DNA of 64,000 nucleotides from Bdellovibrionales bacterium (GTDB taxonomy: Bacteria > Bdellovibrionota > Bdellovibrionia > Bdellovibrionales > UBA1609): positions 1,600,001 to 1,664,000 of the forward strand of contig OZ241329.1 in assembly GCA_965199825.1 (NCBI GenBank), in the 5' to 3' direction. A model generated the notes under the pieces. That model worked only from the letters and a program-made list of their open reading frames with translations. It had not been told where the DNA came from and made no database searches. Positions 1 through 10,604 of the stretch are shown in pieces (position 1 is the first letter of the stretch; the number at the start of each line of letters is the position of its first letter). The translations under genes were made by a program, and so were the position numbers.

Positions 1-127
1 ATCAAATAAAATCCTTGCGAGTTCAAGAAAGAAAATTTTCGTCGCGAAGTTTGTTCAGCTGCGAAAGCAGCTCGAGGCAGCGCGACCGAGTGAAAAGCTG
101 CGGAAAAACCCGCAGCCACAAGACTCT

Positions 128-763
128 TTACTGCACGATCTTTTGAATAATCGAAGACGACGCGTTGGCTTCTTTCGCAAACTTCTCGCGAAAGCTCATT
201 GCGCTCTTTGAGTTTGGAAATAAACCGACATTTACGCGGTACCAGGTGCGGCCTTTGATTTCGACTGGAACATAAAAGGCGTTCCAGCCTTTTTCTTTTA
301 ATTCTGAAGCTTGCGTCTTTGCTTCGTCTTCTTCGGCATAGGCTGCGACTTGAACCGTGTATTTGCCAATCGATGGATTCACAACATGGGGTGGGATCGA
401 TGATGGTTTTCGCTCTGAGGTTTCTGATTTTGCTGGAGTCGAGGCCGCCACGTGCTCGGTGGGGCTTACTTTTTTGTAGCCATCGGCTTCGGCACCTTCG
501 GGAGGTTTTTCGGCTTGGACGAATTCTTCGGTTAGGTTTTTTATTTCTTCGTCGGATAAAGATTTTTCGTCTTTTTCGTCGCTCTCGGATGCGACTTCGC
601 GTCCAGTTTTGTAATCTTGCTCGAGTGAAGCTCTACGATAGTCGCTGTCGCTCACTTGCTTGCCTACAAAAGTTCCCACCGAAAATGAAAGCAGTGAAAC
701 AAAAAACACCAAGACAAGTTTGACGACCGCATCCATCTTTGTAGCACCCTTTTGATTTTTCAT
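128..763 (-). CDS. SPOR-domain membrane-anchored cell division/peptidoglycan-binding protein
   Basis: N-terminal TM helix, acidic linker and C-terminal SPOR motif (YTVQVAAY...WYRVNVGLF). ATG at 763 follows a GGGGGG RBS. Confidence 0.85.
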   Translation of the reverse strand: MKNQKGATKMDAVVKLVLVFFVSLLSFSVGTFVGKQVSDSDYRRASLEQDYKTGREVASESDEKDEKSLSDEEIKNLTEEFVQAEKPPEGAEADGYKKVSPTEHVAASTPAKSETSERKPSSIPPHVVNPSIGKYTVQVAAYAEEDEAKTQASELKEKGWNAFYVPVEIKGRTWYRVNVGLFPNSKSAMSFREKFAKEANASSSIIQKIVQ

Positions 764-868
764 TTTCCCCCCTAGTATTGAATCATTAGAATACCGACAG
801 CACAAAGGTGTGGTCAATCTGTCAAAGTCTTGACAAGTCCCTTATTAAAAAGATTCTTTAAAGTCTCT

Positions 869-1690
869 ATGGCAAATCTTGATTTACAAAAAGCCTTAAT
901 CGATGCCACCGCCGCCGTTCTTGAAGGGCGTGAGATTCTTTTAAAACATTTTAAAAGACTCAAACATGTTCAAGAAAAAGAACAAGCCGGTCTGGTCTCC
1001 GAAGCCGATCTTGAAAGCGAAACCGCAATTACCACTTACCTTAAGTCCTGCTATCCAGAAATTCCGATGCTCGGTGAAGAGCAAGCTTTCAAAAATAATT
1101 CGAGCGATGCGCCAGGAAAAACATTTTGGGTCCTCGATCCTCTCGACGGCACAACAAACTATGTGCATGGCTTTTCGATTTTTTGTATTTCGCTAAGCCT
1201 AGTGGTCGATGATCAGCTCACCCTTGGTGTGGTTGATGTTCCACTCCTTAACACCACCTACACCGCGATTCGGGGGCAAGGGGCCTATCGCGACAAATCA
1301 CGCCTTCAGGTTTCTGAGACTTCGAGTTTAAAAAAATCTCTGCTTGCCACCGGTTTTTTTGCTGACGATGCCGATGCGCTCGAGTTGCAGATCAAAATCT
1401 TTTCGCACTTCGTGGCCCAAGCTCGCGGAATTCGGCGTGCGGGTGCAGCCGCCTATGACTTATGTCTAGTGGCCGAAGGGGTGTTTGATGCTTTTTGGGA
1501 AAAGAACTTAAAGCCCTGGGATACCGCTGCAGGAGTCTTGTTGATTCGTGAAGCGGGTGGGCAAGTGACCACTTATCAAGGTGAGGAATATAAAATTTCT
1601 GACGACACAATTCTTGCGTCGAACAAAAATCTTTTTGCCGCCATTTCGACCGAATTAAGTAAGTCCTGTCAAAAAACTAAAAGCTCATAA
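869..1690 (+). CDS. suhB: inositol monophosphatase family protein
   Basis: GEE, WVLDPLDGTTNYVHG and WDTAAG motifs; start moved to ATG 869. Confidence 0.9.
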   Translation: MANLDLQKALIDATAAVLEGREILLKHFKRLKHVQEKEQAGLVSEADLESETAITTYLKSCYPEIPMLGEEQAFKNNSSDAPGKTFWVLDPLDGTTNYVHGFSIFCISLSLVVDDQLTLGVVDVPLLNTTYTAIRGQGAYRDKSRLQVSETSSLKKSLLATGFFADDADALELQIKIFSHFVAQARGIRRAGAAAYDLCLVAEGVFDAFWEKNLKPWDTAAGVLLIREAGGQVTTYQGEEYKISDDTILASNKNLFAAISTELSKSCQKTKSS

Positions 1691-1780
1691 TCCAAATCAT
1701 TGGCAATGATAACTGCCAATCGGGTCGAGTTTTCAATTCTTTCGTCTTAAAAAAGTCGCGCTTTTATGACCACTGTCTAG

Positions 1781-1797
1781 TTGGCATCTCGGTTGCT
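1781..1797 (+). promoter_or_regulatory. sigma54 -24/-12 promoter of the fli/flh operon
   Basis: TTGGCATCTCGGTTGCT has exact GG-N10-GC spacing, about 30 bp upstream of fliL. Confidence 0.8.
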
Positions 1798-1825
1798 CTT
1801 TCAAACCTTTGAGTAGGGGGAAAGT

Positions 1826-2362
1826 GTGGCAGAAAACAATGCGGCCGAAAAAGTTCAAGCCGCTGCAACCGGATCTAGTCCAGCAGCGCAGAAACCAGTT
1901 TTGTTTATAATTCTGGCAGTGGTAAATATGCTTATCGTCATTGGTGTGGCGGTGATGCTTTTCCTTGGGCAGAAAAAGAAGGCTCATGAAGCAAACATCG
2001 ACGACGTGATTCAAGGCGCGCACGATGAAGAGGTCAAAGAAAAGCTCGACAAAGATTTCGTGGGTAAACTTGTTCCCCTCGAAACTTTTCTTGTGAATCT
2101 TGCCGGATCTCGCGGGCGAAAACTTGCAAAGGTGAACATGGAACTCGAAGTTTCAAACGCCGAAGTACAAGAGGAGATTGATAAGCTCAAGCCAAAAATT
2201 CGCGATATCATTATCATTATTGTTTCGAGCAAAACGTACGCCCAGATCTCGATGAAAGAGGGCAAAGACCAATTGCGCGATGAAATCAGAGATCAAGTGA
2301 ATCTGTTTTTGACTAAGGGCCAGATCCAAAAAGTGTACTTCACCGAATTCATTTTCAACTAG
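1826..2362 (+). CDS. fliL: flagellar basal body-associated protein FliL
   Basis: TM helix plus LETFLVNL...KIRD...VYFTEFI; first gene before fliM. Confidence 0.92.
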   Translation: MAENNAAEKVQAAATGSSPAAQKPVLFIILAVVNMLIVIGVAVMLFLGQKKKAHEANIDDVIQGAHDEEVKEKLDKDFVGKLVPLETFLVNLAGSRGRKLAKVNMELEVSNAEVQEEIDKLKPKIRDIIIIIVSSKTYAQISMKEGKDQLRDEIRDQVNLFLTKGQIQKVYFTEFIFN

Positions 2363-2369
2363 GGAACAC

Positions 2370-3374
2370 ATGAGTCAGGTTTTATCACAAAGTGAAGTCG
2401 ACGCCCTTCTTGCCGCAGTGAGCGAGGGTGAAGTTGCGGCAGACACAAGTAAAGACAAAGGCAGCTCGAATGCATCAAAATCAAATGATGACCGAGTTGT
2501 TGTGGTCTACGATCTTACAAGCCAAGACCGTATTATTCGCGGTCGTTTGCCACAACTTGATGTGATCTATGAAAAATTCATGCGCTCGTTTCGTGTGTCG
2601 CTCTCGTCGGCGTTAAGAAAAATTGCAACTCTCAATCACGCAAGTACTGACTTCTTAAAATTTGGTGAGTTTATTAATACTCTTCCAATGCCCACGTGCA
2701 TGAGTGTTTTGCGGTTTAATGCACTTCGAGGATCAGCTCTTTTCGTGATCGAATCAAAACTTGCCTACGCTTTGGTCGATAATTTTTTTGGCGGAGCAGA
2801 CCGACCGTATTCGAAAATCGAAGGCAAAGACTTTACCCCAATCGAGCTTTCTATTGTTCGTAAAGTTGTTGATCTTGCAATCGATGATTTAGAAAATGCT
2901 TGGATCTCGGTTGAAAAAATTGATTGTGCTTTTGTGCGCACCGAAATCAATCCTCAGTTTGTTGGTATTGTTCCACCTACAGATATTGTTATTGCCTCGA
3001 CTTTTGATGTGGAACTCGAAAATGCCAATGGCACAATCACTCTTGTTATTCCTTACGCAACCATTGAGCCGATCAAACAAAAACTATCTACAGGGTTTCA
3101 GGTTGAGAGTGATCAAACAGATAAGAGCTTGTGGACGAGCGTTTTACGCGCCCAGTTGCTCGAAACCAAAATTGATGTGCACATCGAACTTGGACAAACC
3201 GCAATCACTCTTGATGATCTGATGCATTTAAAAGTCGGCGATGTTTTGCCGCTCGATCAAGATGCTTCGGGCGAGCTCGATGTACAAATTGAAAATGTTA
3301 AAAAGTTCAAAGGTTACCACGGCACTCATCATGGAACAGTCGCAGTACAAGTGACTCGTCCCATAATTAAGTAA
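2370..3374 (+). CDS. fliM: flagellar motor switch protein FliM
   Basis: LSQSEVDALL CheY-binding N-terminus and SpoA C-terminal domain. Confidence 0.97.
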   Translation: MSQVLSQSEVDALLAAVSEGEVAADTSKDKGSSNASKSNDDRVVVVYDLTSQDRIIRGRLPQLDVIYEKFMRSFRVSLSSALRKIATLNHASTDFLKFGEFINTLPMPTCMSVLRFNALRGSALFVIESKLAYALVDNFFGGADRPYSKIEGKDFTPIELSIVRKVVDLAIDDLENAWISVEKIDCAFVRTEINPQFVGIVPPTDIVIASTFDVELENANGTITLVIPYATIEPIKQKLSTGFQVESDQTDKSLWTSVLRAQLLETKIDVHIELGQTAITLDDLMHLKVGDVLPLDQDASGELDVQIENVKKFKGYHGTHHGTVAVQVTRPIIK

Positions 3375-3383
3375 GGGGATAAA

Positions 3384-3740
3384 ATGGCAGCAGAAGATAA
3401 AGTAACACCTCTCGAAGTGGTTCAAGGCGAAGGGCAAGGCGATGGACGCAGCCGATTTGTTTCGCTTGGCGAATCGAAAGATCGAAACCTCGATCTGATC
3501 ATGGACATTCCACTGCGTGTGACCGTGGAGTTGGGCCGCACAAAGATGGTTGTGAGTGATCTTTTAAATCTCGGCCAAGGAAGTGTGATTGAGCTCAGCA
3601 AACTTGCGGGCGAGCCTATGGAAATTTTGGTTAACGATAAACTTGTTGCTCGCGGCGAAGCGGTTGTTGTGAACGAAAAATTTGGAGTGCGATTGACAGA
3701 TATTATTTCGCCCACAGAACGAGTGGAGCAGTTGAGGTAA
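3384..3740 (+). CDS. fliN: flagellar motor switch protein FliN
   Basis: DIPLRVTVELGRT...GEAVVVNEKFGVR. Confidence 0.97.
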   Translation: MAAEDKVTPLEVVQGEGQGDGRSRFVSLGESKDRNLDLIMDIPLRVTVELGRTKMVVSDLLNLGQGSVIELSKLAGEPMEILVNDKLVARGEAVVVNEKFGVRLTDIISPTERVEQLR

Positions 3741-3742
3741 TT

Positions 3743-4288
3743 ATGCCTATTGCAATATTCTTACTTTTTTTGAGTGCGGCTTTTGCCCAGCCCAAAGACC
3801 TCGCAAGTTCAAAAATCGAGAAGGATAGTCTTGAGACTATCGAGCAGGACTTTGCCAAGGCCGAACAAAAAGAAGAAAAGATTCCTGTTTTAAAAGATGT
3901 GCCCAAAGCCAAAGCCGAATCCCAAAATCCATTTTTGCGTATGCTGATGGCTTTGGGTGTGATTGCCGCATTGGGTGGAGGCACGATTCTTTATGCTAAG
4001 AAATTTAAGAAAAATAAAACCACTAGTGCGACCTCTCCTAAAATCCAGGTTTTAAACCAGCACTACTTAGGCCCAAAAAAGAGTTTAGCGATAGTAAAAA
4101 TCGCAGGCGAGAGTATCTTAATTGGAATCACTGATCACAATATAACTCCCATTCGTGTGCTCTCTCTCTTGGATGATGAATTGCCACCGCAAGCTCCAAG
4201 CGATTTCAATGCGGCAATGGACAACATCGATTTTCTCGATGAAATCCAAGATGAATTCACTTATTCCTCATTGGGCCTCCGCGAATGA
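3743..4288 (+). CDS. fliO: flagellar biosynthesis protein FliO
   Basis: TM helix plus [22 protein letters not shown]; lies between fliN and fliP. Confidence 0.88.
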   Translation: MPIAIFLLFLSAAFAQPKDLASSKIEKDSLETIEQDFAKAEQKEEKIPVLKDVPKAKAESQNPFLRMLMALGVIAALGGGTILYAKKFKKNKTTSATSPKIQVLNQHYLGPKKSLAIVKIAGESILIGITDHNITPIRVLSLLDDELPPQAPSDFNAAMDNIDFLDEIQDEFTYSSLGLRE

Positions 4289-5019
4289 AAAAGCTTTTGC
4301 TTGTTCTGGCATTTTGCTTTGCGCTTCCGGCGGTGGCCCAAGTGACTTTGCCTTCGGTCAACTTCGGTATGAAGTCCACCCAAAATCCGGGCGAGATCGT
4401 AAACTCTCTTAAAATTATTATTGCCCTTACCGTTTTGACTCTCGCCCCAGCGATCATGATCATGATGACAAGCTTTACTCGTCTGATCATCGTGCTCTCA
4501 TTTTTGCGCCAGGCTTTGGGCACTCAACAGATGCCGCCCAATCAATTGTTGGTGGGCCTCGCACTTTTTTTGACCCTCTTTATTATGGCGCCCCAGTTTA
4601 CAAAAATAAATGCCGAATCGATCCAGCCCTTTTTGAATAATCAGATTAGCCAGGACGAAGCACTTGAAAAGGGTTTAGCCCCTTTAAGAGCATTTATGTT
4701 CAATCAAACCAGAGATTCCGATCTGTCCTTATTTGTAAAGATGGCCAAAGTCGATGCACCAAAAACCCGTGCCGATGTTCCAACCCATGTTTTGATACCA
4801 TCGTTCATCTTGTCAGAATTAAAGACCGCATTTCAAATCGGGTTTATTATCTTTTTGCCTTTTTTGGTTATCGATATGGTGTGCGCAAGTATCTTGATGG
4901 CAATGGGAATGATGATGCTTCCGCCAGTGATGATCTCTTTGCCGTTTAAAATTATGTTGTTCGTGTTTGTGGATGGATGGGCGTTACTCGTTGGCTCTTT
5001 AGTAAAGAGCTTTGGATAA
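4285..5019 (+). CDS. fliP: flagellar export gate FliP
   Basis: MMTSFTR, QQMPPNQ and GMMMLPP motifs. Confidence 0.97.
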   Translation: MKKLLLVLAFCFALPAVAQVTLPSVNFGMKSTQNPGEIVNSLKIIIALTVLTLAPAIMIMMTSFTRLIIVLSFLRQALGTQQMPPNQLLVGLALFLTLFIMAPQFTKINAESIQPFLNNQISQDEALEKGLAPLRAFMFNQTRDSDLSLFVKMAKVDAPKTRADVPTHVLIPSFILSELKTAFQIGFIIFLPFLVIDMVCASILMAMGMMMLPPVMISLPFKIMLFVFVDGWALLVGSLVKSFG

Positions 5020-5022
5020 AAT

Positions 5023-5295
5023 ATGACAGAAGAATTAATTATTCGTTTAGGTGGAGAAACTTTAAAGGTCACAGCACTCGTCGCAAGCCCGATGTTGATC
5101 GGTGCACTTGTTGTGGGCTTGATGGTCAGTATTTTTCAAGCGGTGACTCAGATTAACGAAGCCACACTTTCGTTTATTCCAAAAATGGCGGTGGTGGGAA
5201 TCGTTTTTGTGATTGCAGCCCCTTGGATGATGGATCAACTGAGCCAATTTACGGTTCATTTATTTGAGGGGATTAGCGAGTTCGTGAGAAATTAA
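5023..5295 (+). CDS. fliQ: flagellar export gate FliQ
   Basis: FQAVTQINEATLSFIPK. Confidence 0.97.
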   Translation: MTEELIIRLGGETLKVTALVASPMLIGALVVGLMVSIFQAVTQINEATLSFIPKMAVVGIVFVIAAPWMMDQLSQFTVHLFEGISEFVRN

Positions 5296-6065
5296 TGGAG
5301 AATATTTACCACTTCACTTTAACAGAGGTCGTCTGCTTCGGAATGGTGCTCCTCCGAATGACCGCTTTTATTGTGGCGTGGCCGGTGTTTGGAACAAACT
5401 TGGTTTCAACTCCCATTAAAATTTTATTTGCTTTGGCTCTCACATTTATTCTTTATCCGGTTGTGGGTTACAAACAGCTCAATCCCGAAGCTTTGGTCGA
5501 AATCGTTGCGGTCAGAGAAATCTTTATTGGATTAAGCCTTGGGTTTCTTTCGCGTTTGTTTTTTTTCGCAGTGGGTATCGCCGGCCAATTGATCAGCATC
5601 ACGATCGGCTTAAGCTCGGCCCAATTGTTTAACCCTGCTGTCAACGAGAACTCCACATCGATCGAGCAATTCCATTTGATCTTGGCGAGCTTGTTTTTTT
5701 TAAGCATCAACGGCCATCAAATGCTTTTGTCAGCACTTGCAAAAAGTTTTGAATTTGTGCCGCTCAGTGCCCAATTTATTAATATCAAGGCCTTTGGCCA
5801 ATTGGATGTTTTAATCCAAGAGATTTTTTTGATTGGTGTAAGGCTCTCAGCCCCCATTTTGATTTCTATTTTATTTTTAAATTTGGCAATGGCGGTGATT
5901 GGTCGAGCCGTACCCCAAATGAATGTTTTGGTCACAAGCATGCCAGTTAACATCTTGGTCGGCTTTGTGGTTTTGTTTGTGACTGTTCCTTTGTTACTCG
6001 GTCAAATGGATGATCTGGTGAGCATTACTTTTGCTCGACTGTTTCAAGTCATGAAGGCGTTTTAA
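5295..6065 (+). CDS. fliR: flagellar export gate FliR
   Basis: polytopic protein with RAVPQMNV; operon position. Confidence 0.95.
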   Translation: MENIYHFTLTEVVCFGMVLLRMTAFIVAWPVFGTNLVSTPIKILFALALTFILYPVVGYKQLNPEALVEIVAVREIFIGLSLGFLSRLFFFAVGIAGQLISITIGLSSAQLFNPAVNENSTSIEQFHLILASLFFLSINGHQMLLSALAKSFEFVPLSAQFINIKAFGQLDVLIQEIFLIGVRLSAPILISILFLNLAMAVIGRAVPQMNVLVTSMPVNILVGFVVLFVTVPLLLGQMDDLVSITFARLFQVMKAF

Positions 6066-6067
6066 TA

Positions 6068-7132
6068 ATGTCTGATGATCAGGGTGAAAGAACCGAAGAG
6101 GCCACGCAGCAGCGAAGAGATGATTTTCGCAAGCGGGGCCAAGTTGCCCAAACAAAAGAATTAGGGTCGGTCTTTTTACTCTTTGGATCGCTGATGTCGA
6201 TCTGGCTTCTTGGCCGATTTTTCTTGATGCAATTTTCTGAGATTTTTAATCGCTCCTTTACCGAATTCTTTTTAAAAGCGGCAAGACAAAACGAATGGGT
6301 TCCGGCAGGAATTTATGCGCTCGAAAAAATAGCGCTGCTTGTTGTGCCTTTGAGTGTTGTTTTTTGGTTGATGGCTTTTGCCTCAAGTGTTGTGCAAACT
6401 GGTTTTATGTATAACGAAGAAGCATTTGATTGGGATTTAAATAAACTCAATCCACTTGAAGGTTTAAAGAAGATCGCAAGCTTTAGATCTCTTGTTGAGG
6501 GCGGAAAGTCTTTCGCTAAGTTACTGATCATCGGTTTTATTGTTTATTTACTTTTAAAGCGTGAGGCGATGCGCATCCCTCACTTGATGAATTATTCGAT
6601 CGAGCAAATTTTTAATTACCTTGGTTCACTGATTGGAAAATTGCTTGGCGGAGTGGCCGGCTTTATGGCGGTGCTTGCGGGTGCGGATTATTTTTTTCAA
6701 CGTTGGGATTTGGAAAAAAAGATGCGCATGACCAAGCAAGAAATTAAAGAAGAGCACAAATCGCGCGAAGGGGATCCGATGATTAAATCACGGATTCGCC
6801 GAATTCAGCGCGAGATGGCGGGCAAGCGGATGATGAAGGAAGTGCCCAAGGCCGACGTCATCGTGACCAATCCAACCCATATTGCGATTGCATTAAAATA
6901 CGATGAAACGATGGCCGCTCCTCGTGTGATTGCCAAAGGTGCGGGCCTGATTGCCGAAAAAATTCGGGCGATCGCAAAAGAAAATGGAATTCCATTGGTC
7001 GAAAATAAACCTCTGGCTCGCACCATGTTTAAAACAATCAAAGTGGGCCATAGTATTCCGCGCGAACTGTATAACGCCGTAGCCGAAGTTTTATCTTATG
7101 TTTACAAATTAAAACGGAGAGGTCGGCGCTAA
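6068..7132 (+). CDS. flhB: flagellar export switch FlhB
   Basis: ERTEEAT N-terminus and NPTH autocleavage motif. Confidence 0.97.
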   Translation: MSDDQGERTEEATQQRRDDFRKRGQVAQTKELGSVFLLFGSLMSIWLLGRFFLMQFSEIFNRSFTEFFLKAARQNEWVPAGIYALEKIALLVVPLSVVFWLMAFASSVVQTGFMYNEEAFDWDLNKLNPLEGLKKIASFRSLVEGGKSFAKLLIIGFIVYLLLKREAMRIPHLMNYSIEQIFNYLGSLIGKLLGGVAGFMAVLAGADYFFQRWDLEKKMRMTKQEIKEEHKSREGDPMIKSRIRRIQREMAGKRMMKEVPKADVIVTNPTHIAIALKYDETMAAPRVIAKGAGLIAEKIRAIAKENGIPLVENKPLARTMFKTIKVGHSIPRELYNAVAEVLSYVYKLKRRGRR

Positions 7133-9226
7133 ATGGATGCTCTTTTTCAGTTCGCCAAGCGCTTTGAGAAGTACACAAAAAATACCGATCTGATGATCGC
7201 AGTGGGTTTACTTGCCATTTTGGCGGTGATGCTGATTCCATTGCCACCGGTGTTGCTTGATTTAAGTTTAACAATTTCGCTCGCCATGTCGCTCTTGATT
7301 TTGCTTGTGGCAATCTATGTAAAGCGGGCAACCGAATTTAGTGTATTCCCAAGTTTGCTGTTGATGACAACTTTGTTTCGTTTGTCATTGAACGTTGCAA
7401 CCACTCGACTCATTTTGTCCGAAGGTCACCGAGGGCCTGAAGCTGTGGGTCAAGTGATTCATGCTTTTGGAAATTTCGTAGTAGGCAACAATTATGTGAT
7501 CGGCATGATTGTGTTTGTGATTCTCGTGGTGATCAACTTTATCGTAATCACCAAAGGTTCTGGTCGTGTGGCCGAAGTTGCAGCTCGATTTACCTTGGAT
7601 GCAATGCCAGGTAAACAAATGTCGATTGATGCTGATCTCAACGCCGGTTTAATCAACGAGACCGATGCCCGCAAACGTCGTCGCGAAATCGAAGCCGAAG
7701 CCGATTTTTATGGGGCCATGGATGGTGCGAGCAAGTTTGTTCGCGGAGATGCGATTGCCGGGATCATCATCACATTGATCAACGTGGTAGGCGGACTCGC
7801 CATCGGTATGTTGCAAAAAGGTCTCGATATTTCGACTGCTGCAAAGTACTACACCATGCTCACCATCGGGGATGGCATCGTCACCCAAATTCCTGCGCTG
7901 ATCGTGTCAACCGCAGCCGGTGTTGTGGTCACACGCACAGGTTCAGAAACCGATATCGGTACAGAAATTTCGGCTCAGTTATTTGTAAGACCTCGAGCCC
8001 TTTATATTGTTTCGGCAGTACTTGGACTTTTAGGTTTAATACCTGGTCTCCCAAAAATTCCGTTTTTTGTAATTTCGGCTTTACTTGGTGGGATGGCCTA
8101 TTTTGTTGCCCGCACCCAAGAAGATAAAAAACTGGCTGATGAAAAAACCGAAGTCGAAAAAACCAGAAAGCCCGCAAAAGAAAATGTCGAAGGTCTTTTG
8201 CCTTTAGACTTAATCGAACTCGAAGTGGGTTATGCTTTGATCAGCGTGGTTGAAAGCGATCAGTCAGGTGATTTACTCGAGCGCATTGTGAGTATCAGAA
8301 AACAATTCGCACTGGATTTAGGCATCGTTGTCCCAAGCATTCATATCCGCGACAACTTGCAATTAGATCCCGGGGAATATCGTTTACTTATTAAAGGAAA
8401 CCGCGTTGGCGGGGGTCAACTCCGAGCCGAATCGATGCTGGCGATGGATCCCGGAAATGTCATCGACCGTATTGATGGCACTCCAACCAAAGAGCCCGCA
8501 TTTGGTCTTGATGCCTTATGGATTTCAAAACAACAAAAAGAAGAAGCCGAAATGGCAGGCTACACCGTTGTCGATTTACCAACTGTAATGGCCACACACA
8601 TTACCGAAATTGTTCGCACACATGCTCACGAATTGTTGGGACGCCAAGAGGCCGACACACTGATTGCTAATTTTAAAAAGAATTATCCAAAAGTGGTGGA
8701 AGAATTGATTCCCGATCTTTTGCCGTTTGGATCTGTGGTGCGTGTTTTACAAAATCTTTTGCGCGAGCAAATTTCGGTGCGCGATCTTTTAACCATTTTT
8801 GAAACACTCGCAGACGAAGCCCAAAAAACCAAAGACACCGAGATCCTCACCGAGTCGGTCCGTAAAGCAATGGCCCGCAGTATCACGGCCAAATTTGCCA
8901 ACGACGGCAAAGTGCAAGTGATCACACTTGAGCCACGCTTTGAAGAGTTGATCGCAAACTCTCTGATTCAAACCGAGCAGGGTGTGCAATTGGTGATGGA
9001 CCCACGTATGGCCCAAGAACTTTTAAGCCGAATTGCAAAAGCCCTTGAGATTCATCCCGAAATTGCGGCGCAACCATTACTGATGGTGAGCCCAACGGCA
9101 CGAAGGCATTTATTTAAACTCACTTCGCGATTTATTCCTCAGCTCGTCGTGCTCTCACACGGTGAAATCGCAAGTGATGCAAGAATATCGTCTGTAGGAA
9201 TGGTGGAGATGTCCGATGCAGGTTAA
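7133..9226 (+). CDS. flhA: flagellar export protein FlhA
   Basis: RVAEVAARFTLDAMPGKQMSIDADL FHIPEP motif. Confidence 0.98.
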   Translation: MDALFQFAKRFEKYTKNTDLMIAVGLLAILAVMLIPLPPVLLDLSLTISLAMSLLILLVAIYVKRATEFSVFPSLLLMTTLFRLSLNVATTRLILSEGHRGPEAVGQVIHAFGNFVVGNNYVIGMIVFVILVVINFIVITKGSGRVAEVAARFTLDAMPGKQMSIDADLNAGLINETDARKRRREIEAEADFYGAMDGASKFVRGDAIAGIIITLINVVGGLAIGMLQKGLDISTAAKYYTMLTIGDGIVTQIPALIVSTAAGVVVTRTGSETDIGTEISAQLFVRPRALYIVSAVLGLLGLIPGLPKIPFFVISALLGGMAYFVARTQEDKKLADEKTEVEKTRKPAKENVEGLLPLDLIELEVGYALISVVESDQSGDLLERIVSIRKQFALDLGIVVPSIHIRDNLQLDPGEYRLLIKGNRVGGGQLRAESMLAMDPGNVIDRIDGTPTKEPAFGLDALWISKQQKEEAEMAGYTVVDLPTVMATHITEIVRTHAHELLGRQEADTLIANFKKNYPKVVEELIPDLLPFGSVVRVLQNLLREQISVRDLLTIFETLADEAQKTKDTEILTESVRKAMARSITAKFANDGKVQVITLEPRFEELIANSLIQTEQGVQLVMDPRMAQELLSRIAKALEIHPEIAAQPLLMVSPTARRHLFKLTSRFIPQLVVLSHGEIASDARISSVGMVEMSDAG

Positions 9227-10604
9227 AAAGTTTGAAGCAAAAACAATGAAAGAAGCTTTAGAGATGGTCAAAGCCCATCTTGGTCCTGAAGCAATTATTT
9301 TGTCAGCCAAAGACAACAGCAAAAGTTATGGTTTGATGGGACAAAAAAGTGTTGAAGTCACCGCCGCAGTTTCAGAAGAAATCTTGCGCCGAAAGAACTT
9401 AGCCGAAAGCAAACTGAGCGCGGTCGATAAAACTCGCTATCAACAAAGCTCGGCCCAAGCCCAAAAGAAATTTATCGAAAAAGCGGCGAGACCTCCACAA
9501 AATGTCACACCCATTCGCCAAACCACACAGCAGCGCTACGTGGATATCGAAGAGGCTCCTGTTCAACAAGCTTCACCGCGTGGATATGAAACTCAAATGG
9601 CTCGTGCACGAATCAAAAGTGCCGCGCGCCAAGCGTATCATGCAGGCCTTGAGACCATGACCCAACCTCGAGCAAAAGAAAATAACAACGAGATCGTGGC
9701 GCTCAAAAATGAAATTCAAAATTTAAAATCATTGCTCGATAAATTTAAAAACGTTCCCCAAAACTTTTTAAATCTTCATCCCGGCGCGGATCGTGGAGTT
9801 CCGTTTGAGCTCACTGGAACCTTTGCCAAGCTTGTGCGCTCTGGATTGTCTGAAGACAATGTGGTCGAGATTCTTCGTTTAGCAGAACAAAATCTCACCC
9901 CAGAAGAAATCAAAAAACCCGCTCATCTCGAGGCGTGGCTTGTTCAATTTTTATTACAAAACTTAAAAGTGACACAAAATCGCACGCGCGGATTTTACCA
10001 CGTCTTTGTGGGTCCCGCAGGACAAGGCAAAACCTCAAGCCTCGTCAAGTTTGCAAGTCAGCTCGTGATTCATGATCGCAAAAAAATTGCGATCGCCACT
10101 TTAGACTCTTTTAAAGTGGGTGCGGCTGAGCAGTTAAAAATTTATGCTCAGATTTTGAATGTGCCCTTTGCAGTGATTAAAGATACCAACGACTGGCACA
10201 CTCTTGATTCTAAACTGAATCAGTTTGATCATGTGCTAGTGGATGCTCCGGGCTTTCAACTCAAAAACGCTGATGAAATTCGTTGGCTCAGCGAACGATT
10301 GCCACCACAAAAAGATTCGGGCCGTGTGATCCATTACGTTCAATCGCTCTTATCAAAAGACGAAGGGGCCTTTGAGATTGCCGAGCGCTACAAAGTTTTG
10401 GATTTCCAAGACACCATTGTGACCAATCTTGATGAGTCGGCTCAACATGGATTGATTTATAATTTTCAAAAGCGCTTTCAAACTCCTCTTCATTCTTTTG
10501 GTATTGGATCAAAGATGCCCGAAGATTTTGAGGCCGCGAGTAAAGAGCGTGTTGTCGATTTAATTTTTAAAATTTCTCGTATCAAGAAAGGTTTAGCATC
10601 ATGA
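9216..10604 (+). CDS. flhF: flagellar SRP-family GTPase FlhF
   Basis: MQVKKFEA N-terminus, GPAGQGKT P-loop, position after flhA. Confidence 0.93.
   Translation: MQVKKFEAKTMKEALEMVKAHLGPEAIILSAKDNSKSYGLMGQKSVEVTAAVSEEILRRKNLAESKLSAVDKTRYQQSSAQAQKKFIEKAARPPQNVTPIRQTTQQRYVDIEEAPVQQASPRGYETQMARARIKSAARQAYHAGLETMTQPRAKENNNEIVALKNEIQNLKSLLDKFKNVPQNFLNLHPGADRGVPFELTGTFAKLVRSGLSEDNVVEILRLAEQNLTPEEIKKPAHLEAWLVQFLLQNLKVTQNRTRGFYHVFVGPAGQGKTSSLVKFASQLVIHDRKKIAIATLDSFKVGAAEQLKIYAQILNVPFAVIKDTNDWHTLDSKLNQFDHVLVDAPGFQLKNADEIRWLSERLPPQKDSGRVIHYVQSLLSKDEGAFEIAERYKVLDFQDTIVTNLDESAQHGLIYNFQKRFQTPLHSFGIGSKMPEDFEAASKERVVDLIFKISRIKKGLAS

Noticed and set aside
41..116. c-di-GMP-I riboswitch
   Set aside because: It has a GAAA tetraloop but lacks the other conserved GEMM elements and is not clearly in a 5' UTR.
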